64,000 bases of DNA from Dictyostelium discoideum (lineage: Eukaryota): the NCBI GenBank assembly GCA_000004695.1, contig CM000151.3, forward strand, positions 2,592,001-2,656,000, given 5' to 3'. The translations under genes and the position numbers were made by a program. Each line of letters opens with the position of its first letter. Position 1 is the first letter of the stretch. This document shows, one piece after another, positions 1-13,220 of the stretch. The notes beneath the pieces were generated by a model. The model saw nothing but the letters and a program-made list of their open reading frames with translations, searched no databases and was not told where the DNA came from.

Positions 1-1219
1 AATATCTTTCAATTGTTTACGGTATTCCTCGGTTTCAGTATTATCATTATCCAAAGCATCCGATAACCATGCAGATGTTTTATCCAATTCTTCAACCAAT
101 TGATCTCTCTCTTGTTGAGTTGAACATTTCAAATATTCTTCATTAGATTCCAATTTATCTTTAGTTTCATAAATAAATGATTCTAAATTATTTCTCTCTT
201 GTCTTAATTCTCTTAAAATTCTATCAACTTGATCCAATTTATTAATTCTATCATTACTTTCTTGACTTAATTCCTTTGATAATGGTTCAACACAACCATT
301 ATATTTAATTGTGAAATTTAATGGTACTCTAATTGTTTTTTGAATATATTCAATAACTTTTTCAACAACTACAACTTCTTCTTCCTCTTCTTTTTCTTGT
401 TGTTGTTGTTGTTTGGTTGTAGTTTCATCAGTAGTTTCTTCACTACCACCATCAGTTGTTTCAATTGTGGTGGTATTCTTTTTAGTTGTGCTTGTTGATG
501 AGGATGTTTTATTTTGTTGTGGTTGTGGTTTAATTAATGAAACGGTGATTTCAGCTTCAGCTTTCTCTAAAACAACTATACCGCTAGTGGTTAAACGGAA
601 AGAACAATGAATCTTTGGTTTACCAGTGAAATTATATTTTTCACCTGGTGTTGGTACATTTGAAACTGTATAAGTTGCTAATGGATTATTAATTGTTGGA
701 TTATTTAAAAATAATGAAAATCCATTCTCTGATGAAAATGAAACAGTTTTCTTTATACCTAATTTTGAATTAACTTTAAATAATTGAATTTTTTTATCCT
801 TTAATCCGCCTTGGTTAATAGTTGGTTGTTGTTGTTGTTGTTGTTCATTACCACTATTATTTAATTCATTATCTTCATTATCTTCAGTTTCTTCTAATAA
901 AGTTTCACCAGCACCGCCACTATTAATTATATTATTATTAATTTCAACATCAACTGAATTTAATAAAATATCTTTAAGTTTAATTTCTTTAACTTTAAAA
1001 TAATGTGTTAAACTTGCTGCATAAAATGCAGCACCATTTGACATTGCTTCATCACCATTTAAATGTTTATCTAATGTATCTCTCTTTAAGTAATCTTTTA
1101 ATGCTTGTTGAATAAATGGAATTCTAACACCACCACCAATAACTTCAAAATATTCAATATCTTTCTATAATAAATAAATAAATAAACAAATATATTTAAT
1201 ATTAGTACTGTTAACAGTA

Positions 1220-1299
<80 letters not shown>

Positions 1300-1680
1300 T
1301 AATAAAATGAAGTGTATGAACAACACATACTAATTTAATACCAGTTGAAAGAATTAATTTTTTTAGTGGTAATAATGAACGTTCAATTAATGATTGTGAT
1401 AATTCTTCAAATTGTTGTTTTGAAATGGTTGCTTGGAAATCATGATCATCAACTAAACTACCAATAAAGATTTGAGCTTGTTGATTTACGCTAAGATTTT
1501 CTTTCATTTTTCCAACTTCTTTTAATAATTTAATTGTAATCTTAATATCATCAACATTGGCTGATGGAATTTGTTTCTTTAATAATGTTTTCAAATGATT
1601 TACAATTACCATATCAAAATCAAATCCACCTAATTTTTCATCCCATTCAATACCTTTAACTGATGCTGATGCTATAATTA

Positions 1681-1718
<38 letters not shown>

Positions 1719-2387
1719 AAAAATAAAAAAAAAATTAATAAATAATAAAAAAAAAAAAAAAAAAAAAAATGGGTGATTTGAAATTATACTTACAAACTGT
1801 TTTATTCTTTTTGACACCTTTGATTTGTTCATTATGAGATTCAAATTCAACTAATGATACAGAGGTATGTCTTGCACCCATATCGTAAAAGATAACGGAC
1901 TCATTCTTTTCTAAGAAAGTACGATCCATTGCAAATGATAATGCAGCTGCATTGACATCATGAATTAATGATAAAACATTTAATCCTGCTAATTGAGCAG
2001 CATCCAATAATGCTTGTCTTTGTTGTTGTGTAAAGTAAGGTGGAATTGTGATTGCACAATCCTTGATTGATGAACCTGCATATGACGATGCCATATCCTT
2101 AACTCTTCTTAATAACATACCTGTCAATTCCTCTGCTGAATAATTGGTATCATCATCGTATACAATTGAAACTGTATTTCTAACAGTATCATTCTTTACC
2201 TTAAATCCTAATGGTAATCCATTACTAATCTCTTCAACTAATCCTTCTTTATATTTAATACCTAAAAATGCTTGAATTAAATTATAATTTTGTTTTGGAT
2301 TTCTAGCCCACTAAAAATTAAATTAAAATAAATAAATAAAAAAAATAAATATAAAAATAAATAAAAATATTTTGGATTGTGTAAGTT

Positions 2388-2458
<71 letters not shown>

Positions 2459-2701
2459 TACAACACTAAATGAATCAGAAGAAAATAATCTTTCATCTTT
2501 AAACCAACCAACAGATGAAATTGTTTTTCTACCAGATTGTTCATTTAAAACGGTTTCAAATGCACCTGGTTTAATTAATGATACTTTAAATGTTTGTGAA
2601 CCTAAATCAATACCAATAACCATTGAATTTGCTGTTGTAGCTAATAAACCTAATACAACTACAAAAAATAATGATAAAAATATTTTTATATTTTTAACCA
2701 T
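1..2701 (-). CDS. Hsp70-superfamily chaperone, large Hsp70 (Grp170/HYOU1-like, ER-lumenal); C-terminal end of the CDS runs off the window start
   Basis: Signal-peptide-like N-terminus [26 protein letters not shown], then Hsp70 nucleotide-binding-domain motifs ([12 protein letters not shown]; [43 protein letters not shown]; [15 protein letters not shown]; [13 protein letters not shown]). Minus-strand exons hand-derived: 2462..2701, 1794..2310, 1331..1671, 1..1164. Introns start GTATGT/GTAAGT and contain poly(T)65 (2391..2455), (AAT)n and poly-A. Reading frame is open to position 1 (…[40 protein letters not shown]). ORF 413..610(+) is antisense to exon 4. Confidence 0.7.
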
Positions 2702-3002
2702 TTTTTATATATATATTTATTTATAAATACAAATTTATAAATTGTAATTAATTCTCAAAAAAAAAAAATAAAAAAAACAAAAAAAATAAAAAATAAAAAA
2801 AAAGTGGGTGATCTGCTTCAAAATAAAAAAAAAATAAAAAAAAAATATAAAAAAAAAAAAAAAAAAACTTGTCATCCAAAACGATGACGAGGATCCAATT
2901 TATTTATTTTGCAAAAAAATAAAAACCTGGAAAATTCTTAGTTTATGAGTCATTATCCATTTTTAATATTTTTTTTTAATCACTAAGTAAATATTTAAAA
3001 TT

Positions 3003-3042
<40 letters not shown>

Positions 3043-3095
3043 ATATTAAATTTAAAAAAAAAAGTAAAATTAATTTAATTTATTTATTTATTTTA

Positions 3096-3228
3096 TTATT
3101 TTTTGACAATAATTCCAACTTCATCAATTATTAAATTAAAATCAATTTGTTGATTCTTTTTTTTATCATCCTCATTGTTCTTATTATTATTATTATTACT
3201 ACTATCAAAATTATTATTATTATTATTA

Positions 3229-3263
<35 letters not shown>

Positions 3264-3856
3264 ATTATTATTATTATTATTATTTATTATTTTTTTTTTT
3301 TTATAATTTGAATTTCTTTTTGAGGTGAAAAAATTTTTTATAAAAGTTAGAGTTTGCATAGGTATATGAATTCTTGGACCAGAATTTTTAATTCCATATT
3401 CAATTTCTTCACTAACTAAACGACAATGTATTTCAGTGGCAAATCTCATTGAATGTGAAGCTAATTCCATATGACCCATTGAAATGAGACGAACGATAAT
3501 AGAGTTAAATATTGGTGAACTTGAATCCCAAAGTGTAATTGGCTCTTTCGAGAGTGAAAATATACCTTGTGTAAAATTTGATTTTATAAGATTAGCATAA
3601 AATTCATCATCGAAAACTATAGCTCTAATGAGTTTTTTCGAATGACATTGAATTAATTCAAAGTATGCTTTTTTGTCATGATCCTTTAAAAATTGAATTC
3701 CTAATAAAAATGTTTTTCCATTCTTTATAATTCCCGTTCTAGCTTGATTTTCCAATTCTTGATAAACCATTTTAACACTTTCTTGAGAAATAGCTTTCTC
3801 TAAATTATAGTCTGCTATTTCTCTAGGTATTTTATTTGAATAATCTGCTAAATCAT

Positions 3857-3891
<35 letters not shown>

Positions 3892-3901
3892 TTTTCATTA
3901 A

Positions 3902-3971
<70 letters not shown>

Positions 3972-4702
3972 TTCATTAGTTATAAAATCAATATAAAAAT
4001 CATTTTCATCATTTTTATTATTTAACATTTCTTTATATTCATTAAATTGTTTGACTGATAGGCCTTCTCTTTTATTTAAAATATTATTTTTAATTGCACC
4101 ATTTAGTGTTTCATCATCTAAAGTTTGTAATTTTTTAATAAATAATTTTGGTGAACTTGGGCCAAGTGTTTTAGTTTTTAATTTATAAATTTCATTTTCT
4201 ACACCTGCTTCACCTACACCTACACCTACACCTGTACCTGCTTCACCTATTCCTACAACTCCTTCACTATTATTGTTATTATTATTACTGTTATTATTAT
4301 AATTATTATTATTTTTTTTTAAATATTTTTTTTCAAATCTACTATCTAAAAATAATTCTAAACGTGATAACCAAAGTAATTCTAATGATGAATAATTATT
4401 TGATTGTTGATTACGATGATAAAGTAAGAAATATTCAATGATAGTTTGAGATGGTTTAATATTTTGTGGATGTAAAAATATTTCACCATACCAATGTAAT
4501 GCTAAATCATAACGGTCGAGGAATAATAGATAATTGATGATAGTACCATAGATTCTATTTAATATTGGTTCACTTGACAATGTGTGTATCTTTTTTCTAA
4601 AAATTGAAAATAGTTCATCATAATTATTTAATTGACAATAGATTATAAATGTTGCAAATGTATGACTTGCTAAATAATCTGTATCAGTATTACTCTTTAT
4701 TA

Positions 4703-4750
<48 letters not shown>

Positions 4751-5376
4751 TATTATTACTATTGTTACTATTGTTATTGTTGTTGTTGCTATCATCAATA
4801 AAAGATGATTTTAAAAGATTTTGTGAACCCCAACTTTTATAAAATAATGAAAAGAAAGTATCTAAACGATTCATATCATTCTTTTTAACACATAAATCCA
4901 ATATAGCAAATTGCATTTTATTATTTAATAGGAAATCAGATTTATCACTTATTTGAGTAATTATTGGCATTACATTTTCAAGTAAACCTTTTTTAACTGT
5001 TTTTGATAATATTTCATAATGAATTTCAAAAGTTGGTGAATACTTTGTACAATAATATCCAAATATCCATTCATAGATTGGTTTTTGTTCAGCTCTAATT
5101 AATATTACCATTAAATTCTTATAAAAATTACTAATTGATGTAATTGGTAATGGTTTGTTATGTAAAAGTGTTTTATTATTATTATTATTATAATTATTAT
5201 AATTATTATTTTCATTTTCTTCACATTCATAAATATTACGTTTTTGAAATCCTGAAATAACTTTTGGCATTCTATTTTCAGGCATTCTAATTTCTAATAT
5301 CTTTTCAACAGATAATAAGAATTCTATTAATTCTAAATGTGAATCTGGTTGAGTATTTTCACTAATATTATTATTA

Positions 5377-5459
<83 letters not shown>

Positions 5460-5849
5460 TTGTTGTTGTTGTTCTTTATTAAATAATTTAATTAAAAACT
5501 CTGTATTAAAATGAAATCCAATAGGATTGCAATTACGCAATAATTTTGAATTTTGTAAATGATCTAAAAGAATTTGTTTACAAAGATCAATTTGATTTGT
5601 ATCTGTATAATATTGTTGAAATTTATCAAGTAAATTAAGTTCGAAACGATTTGGGTACTTTGTATTCAATGCTTTTTTATATAAATCAAGTGCAATCTCA
5701 TGATTACCCAATGCTAATTGACATGATATATATGAAATTGCAAGTTCATTATTATCTTTTTTCCCTGAATCAATATAAGATTTAATATTTGGTTCTACCA
5801 CACTTAACCAAAATCTTAATTTTTTAATTACATCTTCTTTTAATGTAAT

Positions 5850-5943
<94 letters not shown>

Positions 5944-6634
5944 CGTTCATTTTCTTTGTTTATAATTTTATTTAATCTATTTGTATAAAAATCTAAAATG
6001 ATTTTATATGATTCACTATTTAAATTTGAGGTTGATTTTTTTAATAATTCTTTGCTATCATCAACAGATATTTCGGTTGATAAAATTTCTTCAAAATGCA
6101 AAACATAGTTATGTCTTAAAAAAAAAAATAAAAATGGATTAATAGCACCTGGATGTTGAGGAAATTTAACAAATCTAACTTTTTTATATAAATCTAAAAC
6201 TTCTCTAACTCCAATTAAATCTTTTTCTAAATAACTTGAAAAACTATATATATAAATTTTTAATATTTTTTAGTTTTTTTATTAAATTTATTAAATTTAT
6301 TTATTTATACATACTTATATGGTGTTATTTCTGAATCTAATAAAATTGAAGTTGCTAAAGTTGATTTAATTTTTGTATATTTTGTTTTTTTATTCTTTTG
6401 AGTAATAGTTTTTGGTGGTTGAGATGAAATTTCATCTTTTATTTCTTTTGGATTTATAAATGATTCATTGAATTTATTAATGGATCTAGTTTTAACATTT
6501 TCACTTGGTTTCCATTTTAAAGTTGGTTTGGCTGCATTTTGTAAATCAGGAGATTCTGCTGTAAAACTTCTAATGATATTTAAGTGAGTAGGTTTGATTG
6601 AACAGATCCTATTTGCATATCTTATGCCAATCAT
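3096..6634 (-). CDS. Hypothetical ~1155-aa Q/N-rich alpha-helical protein with a basic N-terminal presequence-like exon (possible mitochondrial targeting). Family not recognised.
   Basis: The tool ORF 3096..6101 starts at TTG, not ATG, and its frame stays open upstream to 6243. ORF 6305..6634 (MIGIRYANRICSIKPTHLNIIRSF…) ends ...CCA TAT AA|GTATGT (donor). Acceptor ...tatatatag|T at ~6243 restores the frame (…TPYKY-N-FSSYLEKDLIGVREVLDLYKK…LHFEEILSTEISVDD…). Proposed exons 6315..6634 and 3096..6243 with a 71-nt AT-rich intron. Long (CAA)n and (AAT)n runs encode poly-Q/poly-N. Confidence 0.5.
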
Positions 6635-6642
6635 TATTGAAT

Positions 6643-6644
<2 letters not shown>

Positions 6645-6676
<32 letters not shown>
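6645..6676. repeat. (GT)16 dinucleotide microsatellite in the divergent promoter region
   Basis: Direct reading: gtgtgtgt... run immediately upstream (minus-strand sense) of the 6634 start codon. Confidence 0.9.
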
Positions 6677-6679
<3 letters not shown>

Positions 6680-6773
6680 TTTTTGAAAATTTATTTAAAT
6701 TGAAAATTTAAGAGGTGAACGTTTTTTTGGTTTATTTATTTTTTGGATTGGAAAAAAACGAAAAAAAAAAACG

Positions 6774-6804
<31 letters not shown>

Positions 6805-7293
6805 AAAAATAAATAAATGAATATAATTTAATTGTTTTTTTATTTTTGAAGCATTTTGTGTGTCTATACTAAGTTCATATTAAAAATAAAATCATTGTTA
6901 CAAATAAAACTAATTAAAAAATTAAAAATAAAATGAAATGTGAAGTTCAAAAGTTTCAAAAAAAAAAAATTTCTTCTAATTTTAATTTAAACCAAAAATT
7001 TTATTTTTTGTAATTGTTTTATGTAAAAAAAAAATAAAAAAAATGAAAATCAGAAATTTATAAGTTTTTTATTTTAAAGAATATTTAGTAGGTAATAAAA
7101 AATAGATTTTTTTTTAAAAAAAAAAAAAAATATGGACAAAATAAATATTTATTTTTTTCAAATGTTTTTGATAAAAAAAAAAAAAAAAAAGATTTTGAAT
7201 ATTGAAGAATTTACTATAAAAAAAGAAATGTAAGGTGAAGTGTATAAAAAGTAACAAAGAGTAAAAAAGTGGCAAAGATATTTTTTCCTAAAC

Positions 7294-7336
<43 letters not shown>

Positions 7337-7716
7337 ATAACTTTGTGAAGTGTTGTTCGAAGGACACAGAAATACACATTGGCTTCAATCGAATTTTTGG
7401 ACTATATATAAAAAAAAAAAAAAAAAATTTACTAATTGTATTTTTTTTTTATTTTTTTTTTTAATTATTTTTTTTTCCAAAACGATGTGTGATCACTCCG
7501 TTTTTAATTTTTATAATGTTTTTTTTTTAACTTTGGCGATGTGTTTTTTAAGTGTTTTTATTCCAATTTTCAATTTCTATTTTTGTATTTAAATTGAATT
7601 TTACAAACCATTTTTTTTTTTTTTTTCACCCCTTTTATGATTATAATTGTTTTATAATTTATCATCAAAAAAAAAAAATATATATATATATATATATTGG
7701 TAAAAGAATAATAAAA

Positions 7717-8921
7717 ATGTCTTTAGTACCACCAAATTTTTTAACTTTAAATGTTTGCCAAGATGCTTTTAATAATTTATTTTCATTATATTTTTCAGAA
7801 CATGATCATGACCATGAAGAAGATGGTGGTGGTGGTCATGAAGGACATATACATGCAGGTGTTTCATGTGAAGAAGATCCAGATAAACAATATAGTAGAC
7901 CGATACATATTGCAGCGATTTTCATTATTTTGGCTTGTTCCATTTTTGGTACAGTTATTCCAATTGTTGCCACTCATGTTAAAAAATTAAGAATTCCAAG
8001 ATATGCTATTATCGTTGGTAAATCAATTGGTATTGGTGTAGTTTTATCATGCGCTCTCATTCATATGTTATTACCAGCAGTTGTTGCACTTGGATCTGAC
8101 TGTTTACCAGATTCCTGGCATGAAGGATATGAAGCTTATCCTTACCTTTTTGCATTGTTAGCTGGTATTGTCATGCAATTTATCGATTTTACAGTTCTCC
8201 AATATTTAACCCACAAAGAACAAAAAAAATCAATGTCATTAGATTCATCAACCAAAACAGACAATTCATTAAAAGAAGTCCATACCACTGGAAATGTTGA
8301 AAATTGTCATGGCAGCCATGTTCATGGAGGTCTTTTAATGGATCCAGCTGCTTTAAAAACTATTGAAGCTTATTTATTGGAATTTGGTATTACAGTTCAT
8401 TCAGTTTTCATTGGTTTGGCTGTTGGTGTTGTTGATGATAAAATTTTAAAAGGTAAATTAATTAATAAACACAAAAAACTAATTATAATAATTAAATATT
8501 TATTTTTATTTTTATTTTTATTTTTATTTTTATTTTAGCATTATTGGTTGCATTAGCTTTCCACCAATTTTTTGAAGGTGTTGCACTTGGTTCAAGAATA
8601 GCAGACGCTAAATTAACATCACACTGGCATGAAGCTTTGTTGACTGCAATTTTCTCTTTTTCAGCTCCAGTTGGTATTGCGATTGGTGTTGGTGTTGCCT
8701 CAACACTCAATGTAAATGGTGCAACCTATTTAATTGTTCAAGGTGTTTTCGATAGTGTTTGCGCTGGTATTTTACTTTACATTGGTTTTTCTTTAATGAT
8801 CAAGGATTTCCCAGAAGATATGGAACAATTATGTAAAGGTAAAAAATTTGAATATTTATTACGTGCTGGTTTATTTATCGGTCTTTGGCTTGGCGCAGCT
8901 ATGATGGCTTTTATAGGAAAA

Positions 8922-8930
<9 letters not shown>
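7717..8930 (+). CDS. ZIP (ZRT/IRT-like) family divalent metal (zinc) transporter, 2 exons
   Basis: ATG at 7717. His-rich loop EHDHDHEEDGGGGHEGHIHAG. Multiple TM helices. ZIP signature motifs HSVFIGLAVG and HQFFEGVALG. Exon 1 7717..8452 (donor G|GTAAAT), 86-nt AT intron, exon 2 8539..8930 (acceptor ttttag). Phase-1 junction yields …ILK-A-LLVALAFHQFFEG…. TAA stop at 8928..8930. Confidence 0.85.
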
Positions 8931-8961
<31 letters not shown>

Positions 8962-9295
8962 ATTTTAAATTTAGTTTTAGGTAGGACAAAAACTAAAAAA
9001 AAAAAAAAAAGAAAATATTAAAAAATAAAAAAGAAAATGTAAAAAAATTAAAAAATTGTAAAGAATTAAGAAGTAATAATGATCATATATTTCTGGATTT
9101 TTAAAATTTTAAAAAAATAAAAAAATAAAAAAATAAAAATCCAAGTTTTAAAAATAATAAAGTTTTAAGTTATTATTATATAACTCCAATTTGTTTTACA
9201 AATTTTATAACCACTATTTTTTAAAGAAAATGAAAAATCAGATTATTAAAATCTTTATAAAAAACTCAGGGAATTATGATTTTTAATAATAATAT

Positions 9296-9328
<33 letters not shown>

Positions 9329-11091
9329 ATAATAAAGAAAAGTTATTTTAAATAAATTATTGAAAGTTAAATTTTTTTAAAGGAATTTTTTTTAATTTTT
9401 TTTTTCTTCTTTAACTATTTATTTATTTTTATTTTATTTAATAAAAATATTCATTAATTTGTCTGTTTAATTTTAAAAAAATAAAAAATCGGTTTGTATA
9501 CAGGGTGTGTTTGAATACAAATATCAAAACTGGCAATTACTTGGATTTTCTTTTTTTATACAAAAACGGATTTTGTAAACGAAGATAATTATACAAAGGT
9601 TACCCTGAAATAATAAATTAATTTATATTTATTTGTTTTTATTTGATGATATATCTTGATACAGTGAAAATGACAGTAAATCTATTTAAAATTCAAAAGT
9701 GGTAAAGTTTGAGACTGTGTAGGTGTTAATTTAACTATTTTTGTTAATGTGAGTAGTGGGTTATTTTTTTTGTGTGTTTAAAAAATAATACTAATAATTT
9801 TTTTTTTTTTTTCTATATTTAAAAAAATAAAGGAAAATACAATAGTAATAAGTGTGGTGGTGGTGGATAAAAATTAAAAATAAAAAAAATAATAATAATA
9901 AAATTAAATCAATACACAAACACACACACAACTATGTTATTCTTTGACTCTTTTAGCTACAAAAAAAAAAAAAAAAAAAAAAAAACTACTTAAAAATATT
10001 TATAACTTAAATAATAAATCAGAAATATTAATAATTTTTTATTCCATTAACCGTTAAGTGGTTTTTTTGTATATGAATTTATTTATTTTTATATTTATTT
10101 TTCATTTTTATGATAAAAATATCAATCTCTACACATTTTTGTTTTAATTATTATTTTTTTTTTTGTGTTTGTATTTTTTTTTGTATTGCCAAGTAAAGTA
10201 GGGGGTTACTCCAAGTTTAAAAAATGTTACAAGTAAAAAAAAAAAAAAAAAAAAAAAGTTTCCACATGTGAATTTTCTTAGTGGAGTAAAACTACAACTT
10301 CTTTTTATAAAATCAAAAATATAAATAACTTTTCTAAAAAGAGCATCAGTTAAAATTATTAGTATTTTTTTTTTTTTTTTTTTTTTTAAAATCTACAACT
10401 TTTTTTTTACCTTTTTAAAGGGATTTTTTTTTTTTTTTTTTCCAATTATTTAAACAATAAGTTCAATCTTATAAATCAATCTAAGTATTTTTTTTAGAAA
10501 AAAAAAAAAAAAAATTTATATATATAAATAATAGTTATCTTTTAAAATAAATCAAAAAAAAAAAAAAAAAAAAAAATGTCTCTTTTTAGTAAGTATACAT
10601 TATATATTAATATATATCTTTCGAGTCAATTTCTAATTATTTTTTTTTTTTTTTTTTTTAATAGATAACTTAAAATCAATCAGTTCATTTTCCAACTCAA
10701 TCGATAAAATAAATACTACAAATAAAATGAATAATAATTATTCACCAAATACAAATAGTACTTTTATAGTAAGAGATAAATATGAATCAAAACAAGATTT
10801 TAATGACCGTGTCCTTTATGATAGTTTATATCCATATTATTAAAAATAATAATAAAAAAAAAAATAAAAATAAAAATAAAAAAAAATAAAAATAAAAAAG
10901 GATAAATTAAAATAAAGTATTTGTTTGATGTTTCATTTTTTTTTTTTTTTTTTTTTTGAAAAAAAAAGATATGTTAATTAAATGTTTAGTATAAAAATAA
11001 TTATTGATCGCACACTCAAAATAATAAATCGGAATTTTTTTTTTTTTTTTTTTTTTTTTACATTAAATGATTTAGAATTTAGCTAAATTAT

Positions 11092-11825
11092 TTATTCGTA
11101 TAAATTTGGGTTTGGTTTAACTTCAGTTAATAATTCTTCTGGTTTGAACCATAAAGCAATTTCTCTGTTGGCAGATTCAACTGAATCAGAACCGTGGATG
11201 ATGTTTCTACCAACATCAACACCGAAATCACCACTTTATTTTTGTTATTGTTATTTTTTTTATTTTTTTTAAAAAAAGGTATTACAAGTTAGTAAAATTG
11301 TGCACAACAATAATAATAATAATATAAATAAAATAAAAATAAATTGATAATTACCGAATTGAACCTGGGGCTGAGGCTAATGGGTTGGTAACACCGATCA
11401 TTAAACGGGCAGAGGCAACAACACCTTTACCTTCGAAGACCATAGCAACGACTGGACCAGAGGTAATGAATGAGACTAAACCACCGAAGAATGGTCTTTC
11501 TTTGTGTTCAGCATAGTGAGATTCAGCTAAGTCTTTGGTTGGAACTAATTGTTTTAAACCAACTAAAACGAAACCTTTCTTTTCGTATCTGGCGATGATT
11601 TCACCAACTAAACCACGAGCAACACCGTCTGGCTATGAATTAATAAAATAAAAATAAAAAAAAAAAAATAAAAATAAAAATAAAAATAAAAATAAAATTT
11701 TATTAGTAAATTAAAATAAATATGTGCTAAAAAAAAAAAAAATAAAATAAAATGTAAAAATAAAATAAAAAACTTACTTTAACAGCAAGGAAAGTTCTTT
11801 CTTTGTTTACTTTATTTGTGGACAT
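11092..11825 (-). CDS. ndkC: Nucleoside diphosphate kinase (cytosolic NDK), 3 exons, 155 aa
   Basis: Hand translation of minus-strand exons 11778..11825, 11355..11632, 11092..11233 gives [155 protein letters not shown]. From memory this matches the D. discoideum cytosolic NDP kinase, including the NDK active-site NIIHGSD. Introns GTAAG…TAG and GTAAT…AAG. Confidence 0.88.
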
Positions 11826-12127
11826 TTTAATCTTATTAGGTTATGGTAACAAAAAGAAAAAAAAAAAAAAATGAAAAAAAAAAAAAAAAAAAAATTCGAC
11901 ACCAAAAAAAATTAACAAAAAAAAAAAAATAAAAAAAAAAAGTAAAAAATAAAAATTAAAAAAAAATGAAAATTTATTGATACCCGAACGAACTGCAAAA
12001 AAAAAAAAAAAAAAAAAAAAAGAAAAAAATGGGGTTCACGAACTTAAAAATAGAATTCGCTAAAAAAAATAAAATAAAATAAAATAAATAAAATTTTTTT
12101 AAAAAAAAAAGGGTGTGTTATTTTTTA

Positions 12128-12149
<22 letters not shown>

Positions 12150-12158
<9 letters not shown>

Positions 12159-12852
12159 GAAAGAATTTGAACTACCATATAATTCATCACAACGTTTATC
12201 GAAAGAATTAATCATTACATCTAAAGAAGAGGCAAAGAAATTTTCCATTAAAGTTGCATAGAATGGTGATTTGAATTGATATATTAATTTACAATGAGCA
12301 ATGGTGGTATTTGGAGTTTGACCTTGTTTAAAACTCCAAGTATTAATTAATTTATGAAATAGTGGTGTATCAGTTGCAGTGGATTCAATGAATTTGTTCT
12401 CTTTATATACAACTTTACTAACATAACTTTCTTTAATCGTACCTTGTCCAACTTCTAATTCAGCTTCAAAATGATTTTTATCTTTTTCTCTTTTCAATAT
12501 TGTTGAATTTAAACAAAATGGTAAAAATTCTTTATAATCTTCAACTTTTATAATAACACTATAAACTTGGTTAACTGGATACCTATTATTTATTAAATGT
12601 TATAACATTTCATATTAATATAACTAATATTATTCATATATATTATTCATGATGAATGATAGATTACTTTAATTCTTTAGTCATTTCTTTTGTAACTATT
12701 TTTGTGGTTGGTTGATTATGTGTATCACTTGCATCGTTGCTACCAAATAATTTATTGAAAAAGTATCTATCTCCATATCCAATATTATTATTGCAACCAC
12801 TTTTAAGGATTGACTTTGTTTTTGGTATAACTAAATTTGAATATTTTATCAT
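12150..12852 (-). CDS. COQ10-like START/SRPBCC-domain protein (coenzyme Q-binding protein family), 2 exons, ~205 aa, with N-terminal mitochondrial-presequence-like exon
   Basis: The tool ORF 12150..12497 begins at TTG. The frame stays open upstream through …YPVNQVYSVIIKVEDYKEFLPFCLNSTI… (START/COQ10-like core) to an acceptor aataatag| at ~12582. Upstream exon 12668..12852 (MIKYSNLVIPKTKSILKSGCNNNIGYGDRYFFNKLFGSNDAS…TKELK) ends AA|GTAATC; phase-2 junction restores frame. 85-nt AT intron. Confidence 0.65.
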
Positions 12853-12918
12853 TTTAAAAAAAATAAAAAATAAAAAAATAAAAAATAAAAAAATAAAAAA
12901 TAAATTAAAATAAAAAAA

Positions 12919-12961
<43 letters not shown>

Positions 12962-13220
12962 TTTTTAATAATTTTTATTTTCAATTCCTTTTCGAGATAA
13001 CCAATCAAATTGTTTCATTTAATTTTGAATGCAAATATTCTAATTTACCAGAAATTGGTTAAAATTTTTTTTTTTTGTTTTAAGTTTATGATAATTTACT
13101 TTTTTTTTTTGGTAATTTAATAAAAAAAAAAAAAAAAATCTAAAAATAGTTTTAGTGATTGATTATAGTGAAAAATTTTCCTATAATCGATAGTTTTTTT
13201 TATTTTATTTATTTTTATAT

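Noticed and set aside
413-610. 65-aa plus-strand ORF
   Set aside because: Lies antisense to a well-supported Hsp70-family coding exon, and its composition is repeat-driven (VVSS/VVLV).
1098-1328. Poly-Ile ORFs (also 22567..22752, 47112..47297, 58817..59068, 53764..54084 poly-Leu, 19627..19905 poly-Tyr, 44076..44258 poly-Tyr)
   Set aside because: These are translations of (AAT)n/(ATA)n microsatellites or antisense strands of poly-N coding runs, not genes.
9640-9720. TGATGA (C-box-like) motif suggesting a box C/D snoRNA
   Set aside because: No CTGA D-box or terminal stem within 60-120 nt.
10577-10833. ATGTCTCTTTTTAG|GTAAGTATAC looks like a start codon plus consensus donor
   Set aside because: Every downstream acceptor gives an immediate stop. 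The only open frame downstream is a 35-aa stretch with no support.
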